This document shows, one piece after another, positions 8,603 through 17,518 of a stretch of DNA of 49,068 bases. Positions within the stretch are counted from its first letter, which is position 1. Every line of letters starts with the position of its first letter. Made by a program: the position numbers and the translations under genes. The DNA comes from Eubacteriales bacterium (GTDB lineage Bacteria; Bacillota; Clostridia; Oscillospirales; CAG-382). The notes under the pieces are model-generated. The model was not told the DNA's origin, ran no database searches, and saw only the letters and a list, made by a program, of their open reading frames with translations. The stretch covers positions 1-49,068 of the forward strand of contig JAZSLS010000035.1 of the NCBI GenBank assembly GCA_045535465.1, given 5' to 3'.

Positions 8603-9343
8603 ATGGAACTGAAAGTATTAGGCAGTAGCAGCTGCGGGAATTGCTACGTTCTTGAAAACGACACCGAAGCCCTCATACTTGAAGCCGGCGTTAAGTTCGC
8701 CGAAGTTAAAAGGGCCTTAGACTACAATATAACCAAGGTAGTAGGCTGTCTAATTACGCACGAACACGGCGACCATAGCGCGTATATTAACGACGTTCTT
8801 AACGCTACTATTCCCGTATTCGCTTCGGCTGGTACCATAGAGAACACCCAAATAGAAGCAAGGCATAAGCCGCAGGTTTGCACAGCCGGAAAACTTCTAA
8901 GGCTCGGCGGTTTCCGAATTATTCCCTTCGGGACTAAGCACGACTCCGCCGAACCCTTGGGGTTCTTCATTAACCACGAAGAAACGGGAAACATTCTATT
9001 CGCTACCGACACTTACTATCTGCCTTGCACCTTTGAAGGCCTTAGTAATATTTTGGTAGAATGTAATTACCGCTTAGACATATTGGACGCGAATATAGCA
9101 GCCGGCAAAATTCCGGCTGTTGTAAGGGACAGAACAATAAAGTCGCATTTCAGCTATGCCCATTGTTTAGAAGCGTTACAGGCTAACGACTTGCGGAAGG
9201 TAAATAATATAGTTCTTATACACCTTTCGGCAGGGAACAGCAACGCGGAAGAATTTAGGGCAGGAATTAAGGCAGAAACCGGAAAGAACGTCCATATCGC
9301 CGAAGCGGGCTTAGTTATTAACTTCAACAAAACACCATTTTAG
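8603..9343 (+). CDS. MBL-fold metallo-hydrolase (probable exonuclease)
   Basis: LGSSSCGN, THEHGDH, HDSAEP, ATDT, ECNY and HLS motifs. Confidence 0.9.
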   Translation: MELKVLGSSSCGNCYVLENDTEALILEAGVKFAEVKRALDYNITKVVGCLITHEHGDHSAYINDVLNATIPVFASAGTIENTQIEARHKPQVCTAGKLLRLGGFRIIPFGTKHDSAEPLGFFINHEETGNILFATDTYYLPCTFEGLSNILVECNYRLDILDANIAAGKIPAVVRDRTIKSHFSYAHCLEALQANDLRKVNNIVLIHLSAGNSNAEEFRAGIKAETGKNVHIAEAGLVINFNKTPF

Positions 9344-9344
9344 T

Positions 9345-9755
9345 ATGCTAAAAGGTTTCGACGTACATACTGCCCCACTAACGGATATAGAACGGTATAG
9401 GCTGGTTCCAGCGTTAGTAAACATTCTTAAAACCGCCAAAGGCAAAAGAAGGGCCGTTACTAATAACGATATAGCGACCATATTAAAGGACGATGGTAGA
9501 CGGCCAAGTAGCGCAAGGATAAGGAAGCTTATAAACTACATCAGAAACAACGACCTTATAATAGGCCTAATAGCTACTTCCAATGGCTACTATATAGCCA
9601 GCTGCGAAGAAGAACTTATAGAGTACGAAGACAGCCTAAGAGGACGCGAAGAAGCCATAAAAGCTGTAAGGTTGAGTATAGCGCGCCAGCGGCGCAAGCT
9701 TTACGAAGGGCTAAGACAAGAACAAACATTATTCAATAACACCAATAACGATTAA
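9345..9755 (+). CDS. Phage hypothetical protein (possible winged-HTH)
   Basis: 136 aa; AVTNNDIA...ARIRKLINYIR...IATSNGYY pattern. Confidence 0.6.
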   Translation: MLKGFDVHTAPLTDIERYRLVPALVNILKTAKGKRRAVTNNDIATILKDDGRRPSSARIRKLINYIRNNDLIIGLIATSNGYYIASCEEELIEYEDSLRGREEAIKAVRLSIARQRRKLYEGLRQEQTLFNNTNND

Positions 9756-9759
9756 GAAA

Positions 9760-10290
9760 ATGAAAAAGGAATTTTTTATGAATTACGCGGAGGGACAGCA
9801 GACCCCTACGTACAAGTTCGAGAACGAAGAAAAGGCGAAGGCGGAAGCCGAAAGATTGGCAGAAAAGCTGGGGGTTCCCGTAACCACCCTTAAAGCCGTA
9901 GATGTTACCCAGCCTAAGGACATTACCCAGCGTGTTAAGACCTACGCAGACGCTTGCGCTGTTCTTGGAGTAGAGCCGGTAAACGACGAAGAATTAGCGA
10001 AGCTTGGCTTTACCAAGGACGAAATAGCCTACCGCAAGTTAAAGACCATAGCCGAAGCCCTTAACGAAGGCTGGGTAGCGGACTTTTCAGACAGCAGTAC
10101 GTACAAGTATTGGCCGTGGTTCATTTATTCCGGCGCGTCTGCCGGCCTTTCGTTCGCGTATGCGTATAACACGGCTTCGTATACGCATGCGGCTATCGGC
10201 TCTCGGCTTTGCTATAAAACACGTAAACTCGCCGCGTTCGCGGGTTCGCAGTTCATAGATTTGTATAACGACTTCCTTCTAAGAAAATAG
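9760..10290 (+). CDS. Small early protein, second (remote) DGR target
   Basis: Contains VR2 in frame, ending GSRLC as in the tail target; no signal peptide or transmembrane segment visible. Confidence 0.88.
   Translation: MKKEFFMNYAEGQQTPTYKFENEEKAKAEAERLAEKLGVPVTTLKAVDVTQPKDITQRVKTYADACAVLGVEPVNDEELAKLGFTKDEIAYRKLKTIAEALNEGWVADFSDSSTYKYWPWFIYSGASAGLSFAYAYNTASYTHAAIGSRLCYKTRKLAAFAGSQFIDLYNDFLLRK
10126..10212 (+). repeat. DGR variable region VR2
   Basis: 87-bp ungapped match to TR 45070-45156; 16 mismatches by manual count, all at TR adenines. Confidence 0.93.
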
Positions 10291-10294
10291 AACT

Positions 10295-11122
10295 ATGGCG
10301 GCACAGGTACAAACAAGAAAAAACGAAGTACGCTTTACTACTTCCTGCTTGGAAGAGATGTACGGTAAATTTTTGGCGAAAAACGTAGTAAGGACTTGGA
10401 AGGAAGACTTTATAGACCAAAGTACGGGCGAAGTTATAAGTATTGACCGAAACGAAATTCTTTTTGAAAAGGGCGTACGAATTGACGACGACGTGCTAAG
10501 CCGTATAAACTTTTGCCTTCAATGCCAAGACATAACAGCGGTAGAGGTCAGCAACCAACGCCGATTAGCGCAGCCTATTAAGCGTACGGGCTTATGGCCG
10601 TACAAGGTAAACGCAGCAATAAGCGGCAAGAATTACGCCTTTATTTTGCAGGCGCAGGACGTAACAAAGGCAATAGCGGTAGCTACGGACTATATAGAGC
10701 TTAACTATACTTCCGGCTTCGCTATTACCGGCGCAGAGGCCTTGCAGTCGTTTATAATTTTGAACGACAGGTACAAGCCCGCGCCGCAGGAGCTGGAAGG
10801 AGAACAGGAAGACAACAACGGCGAAGAACAGCGCGACGATACCCGCTACTATAAAATTGAAGCGTTAGTTTCCATTGAGGACAACGCCAGCGAAAACGAG
10901 AACGACAACGGGGAATATAGCTACGATTTCCTTGTCAAGACCAAGGACGTAGATACGGCAAAGGTCGTAATTACAGCTTGGATAAACAACAAGTTCAAGG
11001 AACAGGCAGAAGAAGGTAAGTACGCCCGCCTTTCCATTATTTCGGCTTCTCCGTTTTCTTGCAATTCGATTATAGAAAAGGACTTCTGCTTAGCGTACAA
11101 GGAAGAAGAATATACGGAATAA
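10295..11122 (+). CDS. Phage protein with N-terminal RpoB-insert-like segment and C-terminal DUF4494-like region
   Basis: GKFLAKNVVRTWKEDFIDQSTGEVISIDRNEILFEKG resembles the Bacteroidetes RpoB segment recalled as GRKLAARVLKTWxEDFVDEDTGEVVSIERNE. Confidence 0.6.
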   Translation: MAAQVQTRKNEVRFTTSCLEEMYGKFLAKNVVRTWKEDFIDQSTGEVISIDRNEILFEKGVRIDDDVLSRINFCLQCQDITAVEVSNQRRLAQPIKRTGLWPYKVNAAISGKNYAFILQAQDVTKAIAVATDYIELNYTSGFAITGAEALQSFIILNDRYKPAPQELEGEQEDNNGEEQRDDTRYYKIEALVSIEDNASENENDNGEYSYDFLVKTKDVDTAKVVITAWINNKFKEQAEEGKYARLSIISASPFSCNSIIEKDFCLAYKEEEYTE

Positions 11123-11131
11123 CAACAACCC

Positions 11132-11153
11132 GGCTCCGCCTTCGGGCGGGGCC
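11132..11153 (+). other. GC-rich hairpin with TTCG loop (no U-tract; stabiliser or weak terminator)
   Basis: ggctccgcc-ttcg-ggcggggcc. Confidence 0.55.
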
Positions 11154-11170
11154 ATTAAAAAGCAAAGGAT

Positions 11171-11893
11171 ATGGCGAAAAGGTTTATAGATACCGACTTA
11201 TTTAAGAAACGCTTTGTAAGAAACCTTCCGGGGCCTTATAAATTGCTTTGGGTTTACCTTTTTTGCGAATGCAGTAACGCTGGTATTTGGGAAGTAGACT
11301 TAGAGATAGCCGGGCTATATTGCGGGCAGTCCTTCAAAATGGAAGACTTACGCAAAACCTTGGGCGATAGGCTTTACTTCTTCGACGGCGATAGTAAGGC
11401 CTTCATTCCGGACTTTATAGAATTTCAGTACGGAAAAGGGCTTAACAGGCAGAACCCCGCGCACCGTTCCGTAATAGACCGCTTGGAGTATTACAACCTT
11501 ATGGGGGTTCTTGAAGGCGGCTTTACCGCGCCGGAAATCCCTGCTGCAGCAGTAGCAGAACCGGAGCCAGCAGAACAGGAAGTACGGCCAGCAAGAAAGA
11601 AAACGAGAACGGCGAAAAAGTTTATACCCCCAACCCTTGAAGAAGTGGCGGCTTATTGCGAGGAACGCGGGAACGACGTAAACCCGCAAAGCTGGTTAGA
11701 TTTTTATACTTCCAACGGCTGGAAGGTAGGAAAAAACCCTATGAAAGATTGGAAGGCCGCGGTTAGAACTTGGGAACGAAACGGAATAACTAATAGTTTG
11801 AGGAATGGCAGACAACAGCAAGGAAACAACGCGGGTGGATATGACCCGCTTCCGGGAGCTTCTAAAAAGGGCGGCTTTTCCGGAACGCTTTAA
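11171..11893 (+). CDS. Phage replication initiator / replisome organiser
   Basis: N-terminal MAKRFIDTDLFKK...AGIWEVD and C-terminal FIPPTLEEV...FYTSNGWKVGKNPMKDWKAAVRTWE; directly upstream of a DnaC-like ATPase. Confidence 0.8.
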   Translation: MAKRFIDTDLFKKRFVRNLPGPYKLLWVYLFCECSNAGIWEVDLEIAGLYCGQSFKMEDLRKTLGDRLYFFDGDSKAFIPDFIEFQYGKGLNRQNPAHRSVIDRLEYYNLMGVLEGGFTAPEIPAAAVAEPEPAEQEVRPARKKTRTAKKFIPPTLEEVAAYCEERGNDVNPQSWLDFYTSNGWKVGKNPMKDWKAAVRTWERNGITNSLRNGRQQQGNNAGGYDPLPGASKKGGFSGTL

Positions 11894-12473
11894 GATAGAC
11901 CGGTATATAGAAGACGTACCGGCTATGCTAAGGGAAAGCTACATATTCGAAGTAGAACGCAGGTACAAACACTTCGTAGACGACGCGGAAACGGCCAAGC
12001 ATATAGAACAGGCAGCCAAGTGGCTGGTAGGAAACCACAAGTTCGGGCTACTTCTATACGGCAAGGTTGGCAACGGCAAAACAACGCTTTCCCGCGCTAT
12101 CGGCAGGCTTATAGGGCTTCTATACGAAAGCTACTCATACCACGAAAGAAAGAATGTAAGACACGTTACAGCCTTGGAGCTTGCCAGCATAGCGAAGGAA
12201 AATCCAAACACCTTCAACGACATCAAGACCCGCGAATTATTGGTAATTGACGACGTAGGTGTAGAACCTTCCGTAATTAAGGTTTGGGGCAACGAAATAA
12301 GCCCGTTTGTGGAAGTAATATACCACCGTTATGACCGGCAGCTATTCACGATTATAACAAGCAATTTAGACGACGAAGAACTATTTAGGCGTTACGGCCC
12401 GCGTGTAGCGGACAGATTCGCGGAAATGTTCGATAGGATAGCATTTGAAAATAATAGTTATAGAACAAAGTAA
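11805..12473 (+). CDS. DnaC/IstB-like ATPase (helicase loader)
   Basis: Walker A GKVGNGKTT, Walker B LLVIDDVG, TIITSN and RVADR motifs. Confidence 0.88.
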   Translation: MADNSKETTRVDMTRFRELLKRAAFPERFKIDRYIEDVPAMLRESYIFEVERRYKHFVDDAETAKHIEQAAKWLVGNHKFGLLLYGKVGNGKTTLSRAIGRLIGLLYESYSYHERKNVRHVTALELASIAKENPNTFNDIKTRELLVIDDVGVEPSVIKVWGNEISPFVEVIYHRYDRQLFTIITSNLDDEELFRRYGPRVADRFAEMFDRIAFENNSYRTK

Positions 12474-12476
12474 CTT

Positions 12477-13073
12477 ATGGGCAAAGTGTATATTTCGGGC
12501 CAAATAAGCGGCCTACCGATAGAAGAAGTAAAAGAGAAATTCAGCAGCGTAGAAGCGCAGCTTATAGCGCAGGGGTACGAAGTAGTAAACCCACTTAAAA
12601 ACGGATTGCCTTGGAACGCGCCGTGGGAACTACACATAGCTATGGATATTGTACTACTTATGGGGTGCGATACTATTTACCTTCTTACGGGTTGGGACAA
12701 TTCACGCGGGGCAACGCTTGAAAAGAACTTTGCCGAATTGACAAAGAAGAAGATAATTTACGAAGCTGCCCCAGCATACTCGGAGATAAAGCAGGCTATT
12801 ACGGAAGTTATGGGCGTTTCCTTCGCAGATATTACCGGAAGCTGTAAAGAATTACAACTCGTTTACGCGCGTAAGATTTTCACGCAGCTAACAAGGGAAG
12901 CGGGACTTACCGTACAAGCAATAGGCAAGCTTATCCAGCGGAGCCACGCAACCGTAATTTATTATTTAAGGACATACGAAAACGACTACAACTATACGCC
13001 GGAATTTCGGAGTATAGCCAACAAGGTCAAGGACTACCTAAAAAAGCTTAATACGCCGAATAGCGTCTTATAG
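12477..13073 (+). CDS. DUF4406-like domain fused to DnaA C-terminal-like HTH
   Basis: KVYISGQISG...VVNP...CDTIYLL.GW.NSRGATLE, then ARKIF...IGKLIQRSHATVIY. Confidence 0.75.
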   Translation: MGKVYISGQISGLPIEEVKEKFSSVEAQLIAQGYEVVNPLKNGLPWNAPWELHIAMDIVLLMGCDTIYLLTGWDNSRGATLEKNFAELTKKKIIYEAAPAYSEIKQAITEVMGVSFADITGSCKELQLVYARKIFTQLTREAGLTVQAIGKLIQRSHATVIYYLRTYENDYNYTPEFRSIANKVKDYLKKLNTPNSVL

Positions 13074-13086
13074 TAATACAAAAGAT

Positions 13087-13449
13087 ATGAAAAAGAAGAT
13101 AGCGGCGGCTTTACGCAAGATAGCCAGCTGGCTAAGCCCTGTTCCTAATTCTTTTATACAGGGAATAGAAATAGACCATATACGACTGCTTCCGGAAAAA
13201 TACGACATAGAAAAGCTGGGGGTAGCATACGAATACAACGAAATAGAGTTACATCAACGCTCTCTATTGATTTCCTACGGGCATAAAACGAAAGAATACT
13301 TTATAGAACGCGACCAGCGCAGAATAGAAGAAAGCATATTTAAGGCTATCCGAGAAAAAGGGCTTATTCAGCTATACAGGAGATATGACGAAGATACCAG
13401 AACAGAGGTAATAAGCGGGGAATTATTAGTAGGAGTAAAGAAAGTTTAG
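13087..13449 (+). CDS. Phage hypothetical protein
   Basis: 120-aa ORF in the operon. Confidence 0.6.
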   Translation: MKKKIAAALRKIASWLSPVPNSFIQGIEIDHIRLLPEKYDIEKLGVAYEYNEIELHQRSLLISYGHKTKEYFIERDQRRIEESIFKAIREKGLIQLYRRYDEDTRTEVISGELLVGVKKV

Positions 13450-13451
13450 CT

Positions 13452-14390
13452 ATGACTATACAGGAATTAGAAGCGCGCCAAAAATGGACGCTAAACCAAA
13501 AAATAGACCACGCCGTAGGAACGGTAGAAGCCTTCATAGCGAAGACCGGGAAAACCCCTTACGTTTCCTTTTCGGGCGGGAAAGACTCTACCGTATTGCT
13601 TGACCTTGTAAGGCGTTTTGTAGACAAGGATATAAAGGCGGTTTTCTGCAATACCGGGAACGAATACCCCGAAATAGTACGCTTTGTAAGGAGTACGGAG
13701 AACGTAACTATAATTCGTCCCGAAATAACATTTAAGCAGGTTATTAGCCGGTACGGCTTCCCGCTAATATCAAAGGAACAGGCGCACGGAATACGCCAAG
13801 CGAAGACTACTAAAAGCGAAAAGCTACTTTCTATCCGACTTCACGGAAGCGACCCGAAGAAAGGTTATAGAAGCGGTAAGATAGCAGACCGCTGGCAGTT
13901 CCTTATAAAAGAGCGTTTCGACGTTTCAGAGCAATGCTGCGAATACCTAAAAAAACGACCATTCGCAAGGTATAGTAGGGAAACCGGCGAAGTTCCGATA
14001 TTAGGAGTAATGGCCGGCGAAAGCGATTTAAGGAAGCAGCAATATATACGCCGGGGGGGGTGTAATTCCTTCCAAAATTCACATATAGCGAGCTACCCTA
14101 TAAGCATTTGGACTGATGCGGATATTTGGGAATACTTACGGAAGTACAACGTTCCATATTGCGAACTATACGACAAAGGCCACACGCGAACCGGCTGTAT
14201 GTTTTGCGGCTTCGGGGCGCACTTGGAGAAAGTATCGCGCTTTGAATTATTGTACGACCTACACCCAAGGGCCTATAACATATTTATGGACTACGAAAAT
14301 AACGGGTGTACATACCGCGAAGCTTTGCGGAAAATTGGGGTTCTGCTTCCCGACGAGTGCAGACAATTAAATTTATTCGATAACCAATAA
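13452..14390 (+). CDS. PAPS-reductase-family (PP-loop) protein
   Basis: SFSGGKDS PP-loop, CC..LKK and RTGCMFC motifs. Confidence 0.88.
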   Translation: MTIQELEARQKWTLNQKIDHAVGTVEAFIAKTGKTPYVSFSGGKDSTVLLDLVRRFVDKDIKAVFCNTGNEYPEIVRFVRSTENVTIIRPEITFKQVISRYGFPLISKEQAHGIRQAKTTKSEKLLSIRLHGSDPKKGYRSGKIADRWQFLIKERFDVSEQCCEYLKKRPFARYSRETGEVPILGVMAGESDLRKQQYIRRGGCNSFQNSHIASYPISIWTDADIWEYLRKYNVPYCELYDKGHTRTGCMFCGFGAHLEKVSRFELLYDLHPRAYNIFMDYENNGCTYREALRKIGVLLPDECRQLNLFDNQ

Positions 14391-14402
14391 AAATAACAAG
14401 TT

Positions 14403-14804
14403 ATGTTACAAATTGAGATTATAGGCAACTTAGGACAGGATGCCGAAATTAAGGAGTTTAACGGGCAACGGTTTATATCGTTCAGCGTAGCTCATACCGA
14501 AAGCTATACCGACGCGCACGGAGAAAGGCAGAAGCGTACCGTTTGGGTTAGCTGCCTTAAATACGGAGAAAGCGGCGTTATTAACTATCTCAAGAAGGGA
14601 ACTTCGGTATTTGTTCGCGGCGACCTTTCCGTAAAGATGTTCAGCGCAAACGGGACTTTACAGGCCGGTATAAATTGTAGGGTTATGGACTTGCAACTAC
14701 TTGGCAGAAACAAGCAGGAACAGGGACAAACAAGCGCAGCCCCAGCACCGCCTGCCCCATCATACCAGCAGCCAACCGAAGAAGGCGACGACTTACCATT
14801 TTAG
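14403..14804 (+). CDS. ssb: Single-stranded DNA-binding protein
   Basis: IIGNLGQDAE...YLKKGTSVFVRG; acidic C-terminal DDLPF. Confidence 0.93.
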   Translation: MLQIEIIGNLGQDAEIKEFNGQRFISFSVAHTESYTDAHGERQKRTVWVSCLKYGESGVINYLKKGTSVFVRGDLSVKMFSANGTLQAGINCRVMDLQLLGRNKQEQGQTSAAPAPPAPSYQQPTEEGDDLPF

Positions 14805-14832
14805 CAGAATAACCAATTAAATAATAAGACTT

Positions 14833-15732
14833 ATGGAATATAAAATTTTTAGAAGTTCAGACACTAATGTCGCAAAATTCGTATTTGAGAAAAAAGAAAC
14901 CGACACGGTTAAAGGGATAGCAGTAGAAGCCGTATTATACCGCTATAACTCCTTTAAGGAACGTACGGTAATTTGTTGTTCCACCCAATGCGGCTGCCCG
15001 GTAGGTTGTGCTTTTTGTGGTACGGGTAAGTTCTTCGTACGGAACTTAACCAGCGACGAAATAGTAGAACAGGTAGAAGTCGCGTTACATACAATAGACT
15101 GCCCTACGGACGAAATAGCAAAGTTTCAAATTATGTTTATGAGTATGGGCGAACCATTCCTTAACTATACAAATTTGGAAGGTGCTATTATAACACTTGC
15201 GGAGAAATACCCTAACGCGCAGTTATTAGTAAGCACTTCGGCCCCTAAGAGCATTACCGCAAACTTCGGAAGATTTATTAACCTCAGTAAAAAATACAAA
15301 AAGGTAGGTATTCAATTTTCAGTACACGAAAGTAGCGACGGTAGAAGGGCAAAACTTATACCTACCCCTACTTCCTTGCTTTCGGAAATTGGAATATTGG
15401 GGGAAGAATGGGCAGCCCAAACAGGAAGAAGGCCTTTCTTTAACTATTGTGTTCACGAAGGGAATAACAAGCAGGAAGATATAGAATGTTTGCTTAAAAG
15501 CTTTAACCCGTACGTATGGGAATGTACGTTATCGGTTATTTGCGAGAAGGACAACACCGTAAAGAATGCCATAGAAGAAAAGTTAGACATTATTAAGGAC
15601 TTTTCAAAGAGAATGGCTGCGGCTGGTTTTTCGCTTCGAGTATTCAACCCAGCGGGGCAAGACGACATCGGCGGCGGTTGCGGCCAACTTTGGTACTTCC
15701 AAGATTGGCTAAACAAGCAACGAAAGAAATAA
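14833..15732 (+). CDS. RlmN/Cfr-like (class A) radical SAM methyltransferase-like protein
   Basis: ICCSTQCGCPVGCAFC (CxxxCxxC plus upstream Cys), MSMGEP, SVH and C-terminal DDIGGGCGQL. Confidence 0.82.
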   Translation: MEYKIFRSSDTNVAKFVFEKKETDTVKGIAVEAVLYRYNSFKERTVICCSTQCGCPVGCAFCGTGKFFVRNLTSDEIVEQVEVALHTIDCPTDEIAKFQIMFMSMGEPFLNYTNLEGAIITLAEKYPNAQLLVSTSAPKSITANFGRFINLSKKYKKVGIQFSVHESSDGRRAKLIPTPTSLLSEIGILGEEWAAQTGRRPFFNYCVHEGNNKQEDIECLLKSFNPYVWECTLSVICEKDNTVKNAIEEKLDIIKDFSKRMAAAGFSLRVFNPAGQDDIGGGCGQLWYFQDWLNKQRKK

Positions 15733-15748
15733 CCTCAAAATAAGAATT

Positions 15749-16273
15749 ATGCACCACTTAGAAAACGAAGAACACAAGTACCAAACACCGCCGGCGATTT
15801 GCGATTATATGGTAAGTCTTATTCCGGCAGGAGCTAAGACCGTTTTAGAGCCTACGCCGGGCGTCGGAAACTTGGTAAGGGCGTTAGAGTCTTCCGGTAA
15901 ATACGAAATTACCGCGCCGGAAGACTACTTCAAGCTTGCAAAAAACACCCGCTACGATTGTATTGTTATGAACCCACCTTTTAGCAGTAAATACGCCTTC
16001 GGAGTTCCCGAAGGGTTGGAAGAAAAAGGTATGAAGTTAGGCTATAAAATTCTTAGAGAGTGTATGGAGCTTAGCGACCACGTAATAGCCCTTATGCCGT
16101 GGTTTACTATAAGCGACAGCGACGTAAGGCTCCGAGAATTGACAGCCTACGGGCTTAGGAGCATTACAGCCCTACCGCGTAAGACTTTTAATTATATACG
16201 AATACAAACTATGGTATTAGAGCTTGAAAAGGGCTATTCGGGCGAAACCACATTTAAGACAATAAAATTATGA
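15749..16273 (+). CDS. Small N6-adenine DNA methyltransferase
   Basis: Motif I VLEPTPGVGN and motif IV NPPF. Confidence 0.85.
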   Translation: MHHLENEEHKYQTPPAICDYMVSLIPAGAKTVLEPTPGVGNLVRALESSGKYEITAPEDYFKLAKNTRYDCIVMNPPFSSKYAFGVPEGLEEKGMKLGYKILRECMELSDHVIALMPWFTISDSDVRLRELTAYGLRSITALPRKTFNYIRIQTMVLELEKGYSGETTFKTIKL

Positions 16274-16845
16274 GCAAGATAGCAAAACCTACTACGGTAG
16301 TAGTAATTCTCAGTAAGGACACCTTTGAGAACGGAAAGAAGATTAACAAGCCTTCCGACTTTGCGGGGAAGGTAAAGACAGGGCGGAAACTTCATACCAT
16401 ACGCGGGAACTTCGAGTATTGGGACAAAAAGATAGTCAAGATGAAGGAAAGCGGCGGCGTATTGAGCGTAAGGCAGTGGAGCGCGGCCCCATATAGAAGC
16501 CCGCAGGAAGTTATAATAGAGGTTACAGCCGACAAAGTAGGAGTACAAAAACTTGAACTTACGCAGCGTGGCCAATATATAAACCATACAACCGAGTCCG
16601 GGGAAAGTATAGACAGCTTGGTAATGTATGAATACTACGCACAGGTAGACGGGCTTCCGGTTTCGTTATTTGAGCTTGCCAAAAACGACGGCTTAACCGA
16701 AAACGAGTTTGTGGCGTGGTTTGCCCCGGTATTTACGGCGGCGCGGGCCAAATATAAGGATTTGGCTGAAATTTCCTCAAGCGTAACTATTGACTTTGCC
16801 GTAATACACTTTACGCCCGCAAGATATGCGATAAATAGAGAATAG
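16270..16845 (+). CDS. Phage hypothetical protein (ASCH-like motif)
   Basis: GRKLHTIR resembles the ASCH GxKxxTxR motif; LAKNDGL. Confidence 0.5.
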   Translation: MSKIAKPTTVVVILSKDTFENGKKINKPSDFAGKVKTGRKLHTIRGNFEYWDKKIVKMKESGGVLSVRQWSAAPYRSPQEVIIEVTADKVGVQKLELTQRGQYINHTTESGESIDSLVMYEYYAQVDGLPVSLFELAKNDGLTENEFVAWFAPVFTAARAKYKDLAEISSSVTIDFAVIHFTPARYAINRE

Positions 16846-16959
16846 CCCCTAATTCGCCGCGTGTCGCGTTTGTTTGCTTCGGGCGGTATAAAGATACCTT
16901 ACAAGGCTTAACGGCGGCGTGTGGCGATTTTTTGTAAAAATAACTCAAATAATAAAGCT

Positions 16960-17346
16960 ATGAAAGTAAAGGAAACAATTAACGACGTTAAATTTAACGA
17001 GTATTTAGGCTACGAAATTGAAGCCTACACAAAATTAAGGCCAGCACCTCAGAAGGGCTATAAGTGGAGAAGAGCCCCTTACGACGCTTTGAACGACGCT
17101 GGCCTGTTCACGGTAGAAAACATTAAGGCAGAGTTCGAGAAAGTAGCCAACCACGAAAGCAAGTTACCGAAGGCCCAGCGCGACGCAGTGGTAAACATTG
17201 TTTTGAAGGCAGCCAGCTCGGTAGTAACATACAGGAAGCAGCTGGAAGGAAAAGCCGCCGCAGAGAAAGCGGCCAATATCGAACAAAAGACGGAACAGGA
17301 ACCTGCAAAGGAAGCGGAACCCGAAAAGAAAGTTTCCAATGAATAG
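16960..17346 (+). CDS. Phage hypothetical protein
   Basis: ATG at 16960 preferred over the GTG at 16921; charged C-terminal tail. Confidence 0.65.
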   Translation: MKVKETINDVKFNEYLGYEIEAYTKLRPAPQKGYKWRRAPYDALNDAGLFTVENIKAEFEKVANHESKLPKAQRDAVVNIVLKAASSVVTYRKQLEGKAAAEKAANIEQKTEQEPAKEAEPEKKVSNE

Positions 17347-17518
17347 TAAAGAGTTCTACGAGAAGGTTGTAAAAATGAGAGCGGCGCAAAAGAACTACTT
17401 TAAGACACGTTCTACCACTTATCTAAAAGAAAGCAAGAAGCTGGAAAAGGAGATAGACGCGGAAATAGAACGGGTTACTAAGATACAGGAAGACAGGCGT
17501 AGCCCGAAGTTATTTTAA
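17339..17518 (+). CDS. Small helical hypothetical protein (59 aa)
   Basis: Manual translation MNSKEFYEKVVKMRAAQKNYFKTRS...EKEIDAEIERV...PKLF*. Confidence 0.7.
   Translation: MNSKEFYEKVVKMRAAQKNYFKTRSTTYLKESKKLEKEIDAEIERVTKIQEDRRSPKLF

Noticed and set aside
10295-11122. Phage-encoded RNA polymerase
   Set aside because: Only a short RpoB-like segment in 275 aa; no catalytic motifs.
13452-14390. Sulfate assimilation (cysH) or a Dnd phosphorothioation system
   Set aside because: No other cys, dnd or ssp genes in the window; only the family-level call is supported.
14833-15732. Calling the radical SAM gene cfr (antibiotic resistance) or rlmN
   Set aside because: Family motifs are present, but the protein is divergent and N-terminally shortened; substrate cannot be assigned from sequence.
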